From the IMG/VR virus record IMGVR_UViG_3300043446_003894, positions 1 to 52,574 of that record: a DNA stretch of 52,574 bases. One strand, given 5' to 3'. Under the pieces are notes generated by a model, which was not told where the DNA came from, ran no database searches, and saw only the letters and a list, made by a program, of their open reading frames with translations. Source of the stretch: a virus (Duplodnaviria; Caudoviricetes). The translations under genes were made by a program, and so were the position numbers. Positions 1-9,428 of this stretch are shown piece after piece; positions within the stretch are counted from its first letter, which is position 1, and every line of letters starts with the position of its first letter.

Positions 1-218
1 GGAGCATTACCTTGCGTTTGAGCGCCGTTGGTGTAGATCGACACCGTCGCGTTCGCAGCAGAAGCCGTGGTGTTGGCGCAGACAATCTGGTTGATCTTGT
101 AGACCTTGCCAGATGAAGCAGTGTTGGCCAACAGAACGACAGCAGTGGTTCCGGTCGGGGTGTAATAGGTCGTCGTGCCGTAGATGGTTGTTACAGCGAC
201 GATGTTAGGGTTTGCCAT
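1..218 (-). CDS. Virion structural/tail-associated protein, partial (runs off the window end)
   Basis: ATG at 218 overlaps the TAA of the upstream gene (TAATG). Reads MANPNIVAVTTIYGTTTYYTPTGTTAVVLLANTASSGKVYKINQIVCAN..., open to position 1. Confidence 0.7.
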   Translation of the reverse strand, partial: MANPNIVAVTTIYGTTTYYTPTGTTAVVLLANTASSGKVYKINQIVCANTTASAANATVSIYTNGAQTQGNA

Positions 219-718
219 TATTTGCTCCCGAGATATTCGATTGCTTTGTTAAGCAGGGTTACATCTTCTTTAAAAGACCCAAGCGCCACATTGCAACCGT
301 GACACAGCAGTCCACGCACTTTACCTGTTCCATGATGATGGTCAACATGGAGTCCACGCTTCGTCTTCGGCGCAGTATTACAAATCGCACACTTCCCATC
401 TTGGGCAGCGTGCATTTGTTTGAACTCACCTACAGTAATTCCATACTTGTACGCTCTAGACGCCTGACGATCCAATGCCGGCTTTTCGTGCCACCGTTGA
501 ATGGATTTTTTCTTGCAGCACTCACGACAATGTTTGTTTGTGCGACGACCTTTTTTATCAACATAAAAGTTGGCAATGTTAGATTCGCCACACCCCGGAC
601 AGCAGGGAGACTTTTGTATTGATTTGCCATGATTGGCACGATAAAAAGGATCGGCCCAACGAGCCTTTGCAGCTTCGCTGTATCTTTGTCTACGCTCATC
701 AGGCCATGCAGTATTCAT
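218..718 (-). CDS. Endonuclease VII-family (His-Me finger) free-standing homing endonuclease
   Basis: KYGIT...QDGKCAIC...LHVDHHHGTGKVRGLLCHGCNVALG is the EndoVII signature, with N-terminal CPGC/CREC zinc pairs. Start reassigned to ATG at 718 (MNTAW). Confidence 0.85.
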   Translation of the reverse strand: MNTAWPDERRQRYSEAAKARWADPFYRANHGKSIQKSPCCPGCGESNIANFYVDKKGRRTNKHCRECCKKKSIQRWHEKPALDRQASRAYKYGITVGEFKQMHAAQDGKCAICNTAPKTKRGLHVDHHHGTGKVRGLLCHGCNVALGSFKEDVTLLNKAIEYLGSK

Positions 719-732
719 ATAGAATCCAAAAA

Positions 733-1389
733 TCAGAAGCCGAAAATCATCGCCATTGCGATGGATTTGCCGGTTGTGATGCCGGAGGATGTCTGCCAAG
801 TTGGGGCGGATGTGCCATTGCTGGTCAGCACCTGCCCCGCCGTGCCTGCTGCCGTTGTCGCCAATGCCGTAGTTGTTGAAGCATAGGTGATCCCGTACTG
901 CGTAAAGGCACTCGACTGTCCAGTGCCGCCTGCAGTGTTTGGCAGCGTGCCAGTGGTCAGCGCACTGGTCGATGTGGCGTACATTGCACCACCAGAGGTG
1001 AACGATGTTAAAGCCGTTCCGCCACTAGCAGTTGGCAGTGTGCCGGTGGTCAATGCACTCGTTGATGTGGCATACATCGCACCACCAGAGGTGAACGATG
1101 TCAGGTTCGTTCCGCCGTTCGCGGTGGCCAGCGTTCCTGCGAGGGTAATCGCACCGGAGGTCGCAGAACTTGGCGTGAATCCAGTCGTGCCGGCAGAGAA
1201 GGTGGTGACAGGCGTCGAGGTGGCGTTTGATGCCAGCAACCGAACCGTGCCGCCGCTGTCCTTGTAATACAGCTTGCCGTCGTTGGTGTTGATCGCCAGT
1301 TCGCCTGCCACAAGGTTTGCAGCAAGCGGTACAGCAGAGCCAGTCGTGCTGTAGTAAAGCTGAATGGGCGTGTATCCAGTAGCAGCCAT
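733..1389 (-). CDS. Tail fibre-like protein
   Basis: Start at 1389 (TGATG overlap). GELAINTNDGKLYYKD head motif common in phage fibres; Gly/Thr/Ser-rich repeats. Confidence 0.7.
   Translation of the reverse strand: MAATGYTPIQLYYSTTGSAVPLAANLVAGELAINTNDGKLYYKDSGGTVRLLASNATSTPVTTFSAGTTGFTPSSATSGAITLAGTLATANGGTNLTSFTSGGAMYATSTSALTTGTLPTASGGTALTSFTSGGAMYATSTSALTTGTLPNTAGGTGQSSAFTQYGITYASTTTALATTAAGTAGQVLTSNGTSAPTWQTSSGITTGKSIAMAMIFGF
935..1135 (-). repeat. Intragenic tandem repeat of about 93 nt (31 aa)
   Basis: LATANGGTNLTSFTSGGAMYATSTSALTTGT / LPTASGGTALTSFTSGGAMYATSTSALTTGT; the DNA GCACCACCAGAGGTGAACGATGT occurs twice. Boundaries approximate. Confidence 0.8.
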
Positions 1390-3455
1390 CAGAAAGTACC
1401 TCCAGAGATTCCGCCAGTGATCGCCCCGGTGGAAGGATTGCAAGTTATCGAAGAGTTTACCAACTGCCCCAAGTTGCCGGTAGTGGCGCTGACGAAAGTC
1501 AGGTAATTCGTTGCATTCGTTGAGTTCGCGGTGATCGCCGTATTGGTGGCGTTCGTGGCCGTGGTTGCAGTGGTCGCAGACCCGACAGATAGCGTGGATT
1601 GCGCGACATACTGGGGAGCCGTGCCGCTCGAGGTCAGGACATAGTTGGTCGTGCCAATCGCCAGCTTGGACAGCGTGGTTGAGCCAGAAGCATAGAGCAG
1701 GTCACCCGTGGAATACGAGGTGATGTTCGTTCCGCCAGAGGCCACCGGAACCGTGTTCAGCGAGATGACCGTACCGGAAACTTGAATCGGCGAGGTTCCC
1801 GTGTACACCTGCGAGGTACTGAACTGGGCAAAAGTGATCGCGGTCGTGCCAAAGGTGATTGTGCCCACCGTTGTGCATACCCACGAAGACCCCTTGTTGA
1901 CCGTGCCGTTCTGCACGAAGAAGTAATCGTTCTGCGACAGATCGCCAGATCCCGGACCGTAGCTGTCGGTGTCGGTGGAACGAGTCAGTACTGTGCCGCC
2001 GGTCGCCCAAGTGTAGACACCGTTGTACGCCTGATTGCTCTCATCCTTGACCAAAATCCGATCGGTGTTGGACAGGCTATAGCCGTCCAGCGTGGTCAGG
2101 GCAACCGATAGGGTAAGGGTGGCGCCGACGCCTGCCGTGCCGTTGTTGTAAGTGACTGTGCCGCCGGTAATTGATGCAAGGGTTCCGGTGGTCGCCGCCT
2201 GCACCGGATCGTGGTAATACAACCCAGTGGAGACCAATCCGTCCACATACTGCTTGGTGGTCAACTGCAGGGCGGTAGTTGGGTCGGTGGTTACCGCCAC
2301 TGAGGTCAATCCACCCAGCGTCAGGCTGCTTGATCCCAGCGAGATCGCAGTGGTTCCAATCGTCACCGAACTGTTGGCCAACCCCGCATTCGGGATGGTG
2401 GTGGATGCCGTCATGGCGCCCGTGCCGTTGCCGTACACATAGCCGGTCAGTGTGGCTGCCCCGGTTCCGCCGTTGGCTGGATTCAGCGTACCCGCCAGCG
2501 TCACAGCGCCGGTGGTTGCCGTGCTAGGCGTAAACCCGGTGGTTCCGGCCGAGAACGAAGTCACCAACGAGCTGTTGCTGCTGGCAGCAGTGATCTGGCC
2601 CTGCGCGTTCACCGTGATGTCGGCGGCTGTGTACGAGCCTGCCGTCACGCCGGTGTTGGCAATTGAGATCGTGCCAGTAGAGACAATCGGACCGCCAGTT
2701 AAACCAGTGCCGGTTGCAATTGAGGTGACGCCAGAGCCGGCCGCCAAGGAAGTCCAAGACCCCGACAGATATGCCTCAAGCAGGCCAGTGTCGGTGTTGT
2801 ACCGGAACAGGCCGTTGTAGGCAGACACGGGCCGCGCAGCCGTTCCGCCGGCCGGCAGACCTACGCCACCCGTTCCCGGCAGCACCGGGTTGGACGCAAT
2901 CGCAAAGGTCGGGTTGCCGCCGGTTCCATCTCCGCCGGTGACCGTGATCTGATCAGTCGTTCCGGTCAGAGTGACGGCGCTTACCGTGCCGTTGTTGGGT
3001 AGGCACAGGAAGCCAGAGCCAGTCAGCCCAGCCAAGGAAGAGGGAAGGCCTGTCATGGCCAGCGTCGGGTCGCCCGATACGCCGCTTCCGTTGGTAATGC
3101 TCAATCCGCTGCCGCTGACCGCGATAGAACGGGCTGTGACGCTGCCGGAGCCGGTCTTGGCTACCAACCCATTCCCGGCGGCTTCCAGCGAGCCAGAGGC
3201 CCCATTTAGCGTGATCTGGAGCGTGGATTGCGCCCCGCCGTCCACAAGCCCGACGCCAGTGCCGCCAGACAGCGCCCGGCTGTTGGGGAGCGTCGGCTCC
3301 TGATTCAGCGTCAGGAAGGTCTGAGTCTGGCTCGGCGAAGCAGCAATCGCACCGGTTGTGGTCTGTACCGTGACCCCGTTTTGGACAATCGGAACCGATT
3401 CGGTTCCGGTAATTGCCCCGGCCTGTGGAAGCTGCGTAATTTGTACGTTTGCCAT
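1389..3455 (-). CDS. Tail fibre protein (688 aa)
   Basis: Gly/Thr/Ser-rich with fibre motifs GLFRYNTDTGLLEAY, TKQYVD, DRILVKDESNQAYNGVY, ITVNAQGQITAAS. Confidence 0.75.
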   Translation of the reverse strand: MANVQITQLPQAGAITGTESVPIVQNGVTVQTTTGAIAASPSQTQTFLTLNQEPTLPNSRALSGGTGVGLVDGGAQSTLQITLNGASGSLEAAGNGLVAKTGSGSVTARSIAVSGSGLSITNGSGVSGDPTLAMTGLPSSLAGLTGSGFLCLPNNGTVSAVTLTGTTDQITVTGGDGTGGNPTFAIASNPVLPGTGGVGLPAGGTAARPVSAYNGLFRYNTDTGLLEAYLSGSWTSLAAGSGVTSIATGTGLTGGPIVSTGTISIANTGVTAGSYTAADITVNAQGQITAASSNSSLVTSFSAGTTGFTPSTATTGAVTLAGTLNPANGGTGAATLTGYVYGNGTGAMTASTTIPNAGLANSSVTIGTTAISLGSSSLTLGGLTSVAVTTDPTTALQLTTKQYVDGLVSTGLYYHDPVQAATTGTLASITGGTVTYNNGTAGVGATLTLSVALTTLDGYSLSNTDRILVKDESNQAYNGVYTWATGGTVLTRSTDTDSYGPGSGDLSQNDYFFVQNGTVNKGSSWVCTTVGTITFGTTAITFAQFSTSQVYTGTSPIQVSGTVISLNTVPVASGGTNITSYSTGDLLYASGSTTLSKLAIGTTNYVLTSSGTAPQYVAQSTLSVGSATTATTATNATNTAITANSTNATNYLTFVSATTGNLGQLVNSSITCNPSTGAITGGISGGTF

Positions 3456-3796
3456 TATGGACTCGGACTCAAGGTGTCAAGATTGCCGTTATTTTCCGGC
3501 GTCTGAGTGTTCTGCTCCGGCGACAACGCATAGTTGCCGTACCCACCGGTGACAATTGCATCTGGATCTACCGCAACGCTCACATCCGGCCGCGGGAAGC
3601 GCAAATTGATGCGCTCAGTTTTGCGTGCAGGCAAGCGATACGGGTCAAATTGGTCTTTGCATCCCTGATCACAAACACGCAAGCCCGGGAAATTCGGGTC
3701 CGATTGCAACGACACAAAGGTGCGCTTCATCTGGCAGCGATCGCAAATTGCGATTGCTACCGATGTCAGCCCAGAGGTGTCAAGGAATCGTGGCAT
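3455..3796 (-). CDS. Conserved phage protein with Cys pairs (CDRC...CDQGC)
   Basis: Coupled ORF in the structural operon; possible zinc-binding motif. Confidence 0.6.
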   Translation of the reverse strand: MPRFLDTSGLTSVAIAICDRCQMKRTFVSLQSDPNFPGLRVCDQGCKDQFDPYRLPARKTERINLRFPRPDVSVAVDPDAIVTGGYGNYALSPEQNTQTPENNGNLDTLSPSP

Positions 3797-4869
3797 CAGC
3801 GTGTGTATACAGAAATGTTCGGGGCGAAGTAAATCGGGCTCTTGTCTCTTTCTTCTTGCTCTGCTTCAAACAGATATTTTTCTGCCATTTTTTCCAAATA
3901 ACCGATTCTATCTGTTGCTACTTGAGGCAGTTCCATCGACATGCGGTGCGAAAGCATCATCACCACAGCCTCATACCAGCGCTGCGGGACCTCTAGTTCG
4001 TCAGTCAACGCCCCCACATCCATGATTTGGCGCGAGTACCAGACCGTCATCTGGATGAACGGGTCGCTTGGGGTCGGCCACAGATACATCGTGGGTTGCG
4101 GAATCGTGCGGTCAAACCAGAACTGATATGGCTGGTTGGCCGTGAAATTCTTGTTCGGCAGGTTCGTGTAGTCATCGCGGTTCAGGCGTGACATCTGAAT
4201 CTCGCGGCTGTTGTTTCCAATGTACAACTCACGCAGCGCCAAGGTTGTGCCGTTGTAGGCGCGCACCCGGTAATAGGTCACGCTCTGGCCCGGATCAATG
4301 TCCGTCCAAATCCAGTCATTGTCCGTTACCGTGATCTGGCCAAGGTCATCCAGCGTATTCCACGTCACGTTATCGGTCGAATACTCAAAGGTGACCGACC
4401 AGACAGCGGTTCCGCCACCAGAAACGTACGGCAATATGCCGATTGAACCAGCGTAAATGGGATTGTTCGTGCCATAGAAAACGGAAATATTTCCGTTTGC
4501 GCTGGTCTGCTGGCAATAGGTATCAACATCAGAATCGTAGACGTTTGCCACCACACCGCCGGCCGAGGACGTGTAATCCCCTGTGGGGCGGTTCATGGTT
4601 CGATACAAAACGTTCAGCACATCAATACACCCCAACGGCATGGTGTAGATGTATTTGTCCGCCTGCAGACCAAAAACCTTCTTGCTAATCGCCCAGTAAT
4701 TGATGCCTTTGTTGGCTAAATGCGACAGCAAAAAAAACAAGGACTGCCGCGCAGACAGCAATTGCTCGGAGGTCAACTCTTCGGCTAATTTGCCGCAACG
4801 ACGTGCGCCATGATCAATCAGCGTTTGAACGTTGATGACGGTTGTGCCGACGGTTCCTGAATAAGCCAT
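3796..4869 (-). CDS. Neck/head-tail adaptor-like protein with an inserted beta-sandwich domain
   Basis: Helical N- and C-termini, YLWPTPS motif, position downstream of the capsid genes. Confidence 0.55.
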   Translation of the reverse strand: MAYSGTVGTTVINVQTLIDHGARRCGKLAEELTSEQLLSARQSLFFLLSHLANKGINYWAISKKVFGLQADKYIYTMPLGCIDVLNVLYRTMNRPTGDYTSSAGGVVANVYDSDVDTYCQQTSANGNISVFYGTNNPIYAGSIGILPYVSGGGTAVWSVTFEYSTDNVTWNTLDDLGQITVTDNDWIWTDIDPGQSVTYYRVRAYNGTTLALRELYIGNNSREIQMSRLNRDDYTNLPNKNFTANQPYQFWFDRTIPQPTMYLWPTPSDPFIQMTVWYSRQIMDVGALTDELEVPQRWYEAVVMMLSHRMSMELPQVATDRIGYLEKMAEKYLFEAEQEERDKSPIYFAPNISVYTR

Positions 4870-4878
4870 GTCTTTCCC

Positions 4879-5403
4879 TTACCATCCCGGGCATTTCCAG
4901 CGTTTTAACGATGCCTTCGCCCTCGGCGCGTCACCTTTTGAGTGCTCCACCACGCCCGACATCCGGGCGCAGAATGAATCTTTCCTGCTACCACCCTGTG
5001 GCTGCGGAGCCTTCAGATGGCTACCAGTCTCTCGATTGTACTTCGCACGACCCTTGGCTGTCAGCCCAGCGCCGCGCTCAACAGACAGCTTCTCGCCACG
5101 ACCTACTGCCAGTGACGGGCCGCCCTCTTTCATCTTGGCCGTCTTAGCCGACTCACGGAACGCCTCTGCGGTCGGAGCGCCCGGGCTGCCCGGCTTTCTC
5201 ATCTTCTCGCCAGAGCCACGGGCAATCCGCTCCTGCTTGGCGTGGATGTTGGCATACAGCCCACCGCCTGCAGCCTTTTTAGGCGCACGACGCTGCACAT
5301 CATAGGCAATCGCCACCGCCTGCTTCTGAGGCTTGCCAGCGGCAATCTCGGCCCTGATGTTGGACTTGAACGCCTTTTCTGACTTGGATTTGATCAGCGG
5401 CAT
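4879..5403 (-). CDS. Basic virion-associated protein, C-terminal DUF6321-like module
   Basis: RKDSFCARMSG...KASLKRWKC C-terminal motif; Lys/Arg-rich. Confidence 0.6.
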   Translation of the reverse strand: MPLIKSKSEKAFKSNIRAEIAAGKPQKQAVAIAYDVQRRAPKKAAGGGLYANIHAKQERIARGSGEKMRKPGSPGAPTAEAFRESAKTAKMKEGGPSLAVGRGEKLSVERGAGLTAKGRAKYNRETGSHLKAPQPQGGSRKDSFCARMSGVVEHSKGDAPRAKASLKRWKCPGW

Positions 5404-5987
5404 TACGCCACCTGTTGCATCGTAGCAATAACGGACGGAATTGCCGGATATGCGGGAGACGCGCTTGAGGGCAACTGCTCAAGAGTCATCGTTGCAATTG
5501 TGGGAAGCCAAATAATCTCGGCGTAATCGTTGGCATTCATGTCGAGGAAGATATTCCATGAAGCAACCATGTATCCGTAGATGCTGGCGCTTTTTCTTGC
5601 TGGAACTGTGATTTGTGTTGCCGAAGCTGCAACATCAACGCCATTGATGCGGAACCAAATAGTTGCATCATGTTGCGCGTTTTCTATGTTGCGAAGCTGT
5701 GCGCTGAATTGAAGGTTGTATATGCCATCACTTGGAACAACAAGCTGGGAGTCATTGGCCAACGTTATTCCGTCAGCAATGTCTGTCGAAGTAAAAGTCA
5801 TTGCTGTGCCAGACGACACGCTTCCAGTTTGATCGGCAGAACTACTAAATCCGCCGTATGCAGCACTAAAACTTCTGAGAGTGCTCAAGGTTGCTTTGAC
5901 ATTTGCACCTGATTGCACTAACGGGACAAGTTCTGCGCCAGTCAGCGTTGCCGCTGTTGGCATTGCTGAGATTTTAGTGTCAGCCAT
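5403..5987 (-). CDS. Short fibre/decoration protein with C1q/BclA-like C-terminal domain
   Basis: N-terminus MADTKISAMP...VPLVQSG; GIYNLQFSAQL...WFRING...LDMNANDYAEI jelly-roll pattern. Confidence 0.55.
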   Translation of the reverse strand: MADTKISAMPTAATLTGAELVPLVQSGANVKATLSTLRSFSAAYGGFSSSADQTGSVSSGTAMTFTSTDIADGITLANDSQLVVPSDGIYNLQFSAQLRNIENAQHDATIWFRINGVDVAASATQITVPARKSASIYGYMVASWNIFLDMNANDYAEIIWLPTIATMTLEQLPSSASPAYPAIPSVIATMQQVA

Positions 5988-6220
5988 TAGTTGCTCTCCA
6001 GTTCAATTTTGCTCGAGTCTTCTTGCAAAACATATCCCGATGACTCCATCAGGATGTAATACTTGACGCGCGCTGATCCACCATAGAGATCAACCACGCC
6101 GTTGTCGCCAACATCATCACCCGGCGTCGAACCAACCACGTTCGCAGCGCTCGTATGCAAAGCAAACCCATCGCTGGTATTCGCCTGATCAACTACGCCC
6201 GTGTAGCCAACGTATGGCAT
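5987..6220 (-). CDS. Small structural protein
   Basis: Coupled ORF; C-terminal YILMESSGYVLQEDSSKIELE motif. Confidence 0.55.
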   Translation of the reverse strand: MPYVGYTGVVDQANTSDGFALHTSAANVVGSTPGDDVGDNGVVDLYGGSARVKYYILMESSGYVLQEDSSKIELESN

Positions 6221-6525
6221 TACGCAATACCAGCCTGAATCAGGTTCATTACAGCCGTGCCGGTCCCAGAATTGACCAACAGTTTGATGCCAGTCACCGG
6301 GAAGGCATAATTGCCGTCTTGATTGTCAGTCTTTGCGGCAATCGTCGGATGACTAAACCAAGTGCTGAAGCCCGAAGCGGGATCATCAAACGTGTGCTGC
6401 ACGGTGTAGTCCACAGTGCCGGTTACCAAAACGCCGAAGCCGACATTAAATGGCGTGGTGTTGGTGTTCATCACCAGAGCGGAACTAGAGCCAGTGCCGG
6501 TCTGCGATACAGTTTGAACTTTCAT
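6220..6525 (-). CDS. Small beta-rich structural protein
   Basis: 101-aa ORF with GAGGGG RBS, inside the structural operon. Confidence 0.6.
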   Translation of the reverse strand: MKVQTVSQTGTGSSSALVMNTNTTPFNVGFGVLVTGTVDYTVQHTFDDPASGFSTWFSHPTIAAKTDNQDGNYAFPVTGIKLLVNSGTGTAVMNLIQAGIA

Positions 6526-6537
6526 GTCTACCCCTCA

Positions 6538-6566
6538 AGAAAAGCAGGGGGCATAGCCCCCCGCTT
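6538..6566 (-). terminator. Rho-independent terminator
   Basis: Minus strand AAGCGGGGGC-TAT-GCCCCCTGCTT then TTTCTT, right after the stop at 6568. Confidence 0.7.
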
Positions 6567-6567
6567 C

Positions 6568-7662
6568 TTAACAGCTACCACCGCGCTTTTTGGCAGGAAC
6601 CACTGTCTTGGATTTAACCATTTCAGTGACCGCCCCCGGGATGCGTTTTGCAGCATCAATCGCCGGCCGAATGTAAGTCATCGGATTCGTGAACTTTTTA
6701 AAATCTTCAACATCTTTCCGATTTTCCGCCTCTTGCGTGGCGTAAGTTTCACGGTAACCTTTTGACTCACGCTCCGATTGGGCATCGCCTCCACCAGCCA
6801 TTTTCTTGCCCTGAAACTTGCTATAGACCTCGTTTGACTGAGCCTTCGCTTGTTTCATTGCAGTGGCATTCTCAGAAGAAAATGCCTTCTGCAGACGGCC
6901 TTCGGCTGGGGTGACTTTGCCACCCTTCTTGAACGTGCCAGACAACTTACTGATCGAAACCGGAGAAGACGGCTTCTTGCGGCCTTGTGGCATCGCGACG
7001 GGGCGACCGCTGTCAACAACTCCCCCCGCCGCGTAGGCTTTTTTTGCGGAACCACCTTTCTTGTAGCCGCCGGCGTTTGACAAAGTCACGCCACCGGTTG
7101 CATACCCACCGCCGTTACCCTTCTTGACGTCGCCAGTCTTGCCAGACGTCTTCGTGGTGCGCTCCGCGGTGTCCATCTTGGTCCCGGTCTTTGCGCCAGC
7201 CTCATTCTTGATGATGCCGTTCGCAGGAACAGCGCCACCCTTCTTGTAGCCACCGCCATTGCCCAAACTCACGCCGCCGGTCTTCAGGTTCAGCTTCGTA
7301 CCCTTGCCGCCTTTGTGCTCCTGAGCGTCGTGCTGCTTGATGGCCTTCTTGATCATGGCCTTGTCCTGCGCCATGTCAGCGTCGCCACCCTCTTTCATCA
7401 TCGGACGGCCCATCATCGCCTTGCGGCGAGCAGCCATCGGAGGACGACCGGGGGCACGAACCGGCGCATTGACTGCCGGGCGACCGATCAGGGCCGGGGT
7501 ATCCGCCATCATGCTCAGAGCGCCACCGCCGTCAGCCATTTTCTTGTGGCCAGCAACAGCTTTACCGCCCTTTTTCATGTTGACGTGACCACCTTTTTTC
7601 AACTTCAGAATAACTGAAGGTTCGGTGGTCTCCATCTTCACCATTGGTTTAAATTGACCCAT
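6568..7662 (-). CDS. Very basic low-complexity protein with about 12 xxxGG motifs (putative internal head protein)
   Basis: LKKGG, MKKGG, MADGG, MKEGG, LKTGG, YKKGG x2, YATGG, YAAGG, FKKGG, MAGGG, KKRGG. Confidence 0.65.
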   Translation of the reverse strand: MGQFKPMVKMETTEPSVILKLKKGGHVNMKKGGKAVAGHKKMADGGGALSMMADTPALIGRPAVNAPVRAPGRPPMAARRKAMMGRPMMKEGGDADMAQDKAMIKKAIKQHDAQEHKGGKGTKLNLKTGGVSLGNGGGYKKGGAVPANGIIKNEAGAKTGTKMDTAERTTKTSGKTGDVKKGNGGGYATGGVTLSNAGGYKKGGSAKKAYAAGGVVDSGRPVAMPQGRKKPSSPVSISKLSGTFKKGGKVTPAEGRLQKAFSSENATAMKQAKAQSNEVYSKFQGKKMAGGGDAQSERESKGYRETYATQEAENRKDVEDFKKFTNPMTYIRPAIDAAKRIPGAVTEMVKSKTVVPAKKRGGSC

Positions 7663-7674
7663 GTTGCTCTCCTA

Positions 7675-8430
7675 TTAAGCCTGCGTTACGCCAAGCGCAC
7701 CAGCACGGGTAGCGTTCGGGCCACACTGGATTGCGGTGAGCAGAACAGCAACGACAAGACGCTTCGCGCCATCGCAAGCTGAACTCGGCGCTACAGTGCC
7801 TCGTACATCACCAGTGGTGGTCGTCGCGGTCGTTGCATCAGCAACAACAGCAGTGGCGGCATCTTCAGCCAACACGTTATCCCAGCCCACGCGAGCCAGA
7901 TAACCTTTGTTGTTGAAGCGAACCGGGCAACCAATGATGTCGGTCGTGCCGACAGTGATCGCGCCAGTCGTTCCACCGGAGATGGTGATGCTGGTGATCT
8001 GGAAGAATGCTTTCTTGCCATTCACCGTGGTGCTGGCCGAGCCGCTCGAGGCGATCACCTCGCTCATGGCCTGACCATAGTAGTCAAAGCCCGACACGGT
8101 CAGGTTGGCCGAGGCGTGAGTGCCCGAGGCGGTGGTAACCGACACGGCACGCGGAACGTCCAGTTGGTAAGCGGTCGAACCGGTGTTCAGAACCACTGCA
8201 GTGACGCCAGAACCCGCGGTCAGGGTCAGCGCGCCGGCAACGGTCGGAGTAACACTGGTGACGAGGTTGTTGGCAGCTTTGGCGGCCGGAACGGTGTCCC
8301 AGACGTAGATGCGACCAACGGGGCCAACGCCCAAATCCATCGGAGAGGGATCGCCCAACGCAGAGTTGGTATTGACCCCCATGTAAGTCTGGGCCGAACC
8401 CAGAAACAGGTCATCGGAAAACTGAGGCAT
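7675..8430 (-). CDS. Capsid-associated/decoration protein
   Basis: Directly downstream of the major capsid gene; GGAG RBS; beta-rich Thr/Ala/Gly composition. Confidence 0.55.
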   Translation of the reverse strand: MPQFSDDLFLGSAQTYMGVNTNSALGDPSPMDLGVGPVGRIYVWDTVPAAKAANNLVTSVTPTVAGALTLTAGSGVTAVVLNTGSTAYQLDVPRAVSVTTASGTHASANLTVSGFDYYGQAMSEVIASSGSASTTVNGKKAFFQITSITISGGTTGAITVGTTDIIGCPVRFNNKGYLARVGWDNVLAEDAATAVVADATTATTTTGDVRGTVAPSSACDGAKRLVVAVLLTAIQCGPNATRAGALGVTQA

Positions 8431-8464
8431 TCGTCTGCTCCTTGAAAAGTTTGACGAAAGTTGC

Positions 8465-8487
8465 GCGGGGGATTAAGGCTCCCCCGC
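8465..8487 (-). terminator. GC-rich hairpin after the major capsid gene (possible leaky terminator or stability hairpin)
   Basis: GCGGGGGA-N7-TCCCCCGC inverted repeat; the U-tract is weak and displaced. Confidence 0.45.
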
Positions 8488-8501
8488 ATAGCCTTCGGGT
8501 A

Positions 8502-9416
8502 TCAGACGCCCGGAGTGCCGTACATTGCACGCCAGTCGGTGAAGCCCACGTCGTAACGCTCGGTTGCCTTGTAGCGCATCGTGTCGGTCTCGAAATCACC
8601 TTCCATGGTTTTCTCGAGTTTGCGACGCATCAGCAGCTTCATGCCTTCCGGCGCATCGGTCTGCACCCACCATGCGGTCGGGGAAGTCAGACGCGACAGA
8701 ACAGCAGCACCTTCGTCAAGCAGACCAATCGACTTGATCGGGTTGACGTCGTTGTTGCCAGTGCCCGAGCGGAGCACGGACTTCAGCAGCACCTCGGCTT
8801 GGAAGATGTTGCCCGGAGCCACCACCAGTTGGCGGGGGACCAGACGAATCTTCTTGCCGTTGTTGTCAACAGCCTGACGAATCTGAATGAGCATCTGCTC
8901 AAGCGAGGTTTGCGACAGGTTTGCAGCAGTAGCCAACAGGTTGCTGGCAGTGCCGTTGACGATCGGGTGCGAGGCGCTGTTCAGTTCAACGCCATCACCG
9001 CCCGGGTAGGCGCTGTTAAATGCAACGTTCAGCACGTTTGCCGACAGGGTTTCCTTGGTCTCGATCAGGGACTGAGCGAGATGGCGGGCATACACCTGAC
9101 CGATACGGATATGGTCGCCGTCCTCTGCCAAAACTTTGGTCAGCGCGAATGCAAGGCCGTAGACCTTGTACACGTAGCGCTTGAGGAACAGCACGCCACC
9201 CTGCTGATACGTGACGGGAGTGCCGTCAGGCAGTTGCGGAGCAGCACCAAAACCGTAAAGAACCGGCTCTTCGTGGTAGTTGCGGGGAATACCTTCTTGC
9301 TCACGGAAAACACGTGACCATTCATCGGTACGCTGATCATAGACTCCGTCGAAACATTCGTTGAGGATAGGCTCAACAATCGAACGAAAGTCTGTACTTC
9401 TCATCGGAGCAGCCAT
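8502..9416 (-). CDS. Major capsid protein (HK97 fold)
   Basis: 304 aa after scaffold and cement genes; PRQLVVAP and RYKATERYDVGFTDWRAMYGTPG C-terminus typical of this capsid class. Confidence 0.85.
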   Translation of the reverse strand: MAAPMRSTDFRSIVEPILNECFDGVYDQRTDEWSRVFREQEGIPRNYHEEPVLYGFGAAPQLPDGTPVTYQQGGVLFLKRYVYKVYGLAFALTKVLAEDGDHIRIGQVYARHLAQSLIETKETLSANVLNVAFNSAYPGGDGVELNSASHPIVNGTASNLLATAANLSQTSLEQMLIQIRQAVDNNGKKIRLVPRQLVVAPGNIFQAEVLLKSVLRSGTGNNDVNPIKSIGLLDEGAAVLSRLTSPTAWWVQTDAPEGMKLLMRRKLEKTMEGDFETDTMRYKATERYDVGFTDWRAMYGTPGV

Positions 9417-9428
9417 TATCTAGCCTCC

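Noticed and set aside
218-732. Group I intron around the endonuclease
   Set aside because: Both flanking genes appear intact at the junctions, and only 14 nt of non-coding sequence is present, too little for a ribozyme core.
8442-9317. 291-aa plus-strand ORF
   Set aside because: Antisense shadow of the major capsid gene; no motif or RBS.
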